This document shows, piece by piece, positions 63,852 through 64,000 of a stretch of DNA of 64,000 bases. This DNA comes from Escherichia coli (GTDB lineage Bacteria > Pseudomonadota > Gammaproteobacteria > Enterobacterales > Enterobacteriaceae), in assembly GCF_003019035.1 (NCBI RefSeq), contig NZ_CP027447.1. One strand, given 5' to 3'. Within the stretch, counting starts at the first letter, position 1. Every line of letters starts with the position of its first letter. The notes under the pieces are model-generated. The model did not search any database and was not told where the DNA came from. It saw nothing but the letters and a program-made list of their open reading frames with translations. The position numbers were made by a program, and so were the translations under genes.

Positions 63852-64000
<149 letters not shown>

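Overview
This window reads as an Escherichia coli-type chromosomal segment (mutS-rpoS-CRISPR-eno region), mostly core genes, identified by reading the ORF translations against remembered protein families; no searches were run. Gene order: hycC(partial)-hycB-hycA (minus), hypABCDE-fhlA (plus), a small di-Mop gene, ygbA, mutS, pphB, the ygbI/ltnD-otnK-otnC-otnI-ygbN tetronate operon, a UbiD/UbiX-type decarboxylase remnant with a MarR-family regulator, rpoS-nlpD-pcm-surE-truD-ispF-ispD-ftsB-ygbE-cysC-cysN-cysD (minus), iap, a type I-E CRISPR array (12 repeats, 11 spacers) with a compact cas2-cas1-cas6e-cas5-cas7-cse2-cse1-cas3 operon, a hok-family toxin gene, cysH-cysI-cysJ, queD, the uncharacterised ygcN-ygcE cluster, a degenerate CRISPR remnant and a second short array (5 repeats), queE, a lemA plus three tandem TPM-domain genes, and the 3' end of eno. 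The cas proteins and repeat (…GGGGAACAC) are not the K-12 variant as I recall it, so this is probably a non-K-12 strain. The most interesting points are: (1) the ygcN-ygcE cluster, a poorly characterised ETF-linked catabolic system whose minus-strand operon has a strong intrinsic terminator in its 5' leader, next to a GlpP-like antiterminator gene; (2) a microhomology deletion that truncates the UbiX-like gene and fuses it out of frame to the UbiD-like gene; (3) stem-disrupting repeat variants at the leader end of the second CRISPR array; (4) a hok-type toxin ORF missed by the ORF track beside the cas3 promoter; (5) a di-Mop gene after fhlA and a lemA/TPM expansion before ygcG that I do not recall in K-12. 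All strain comparisons are from memory and need database confirmation.
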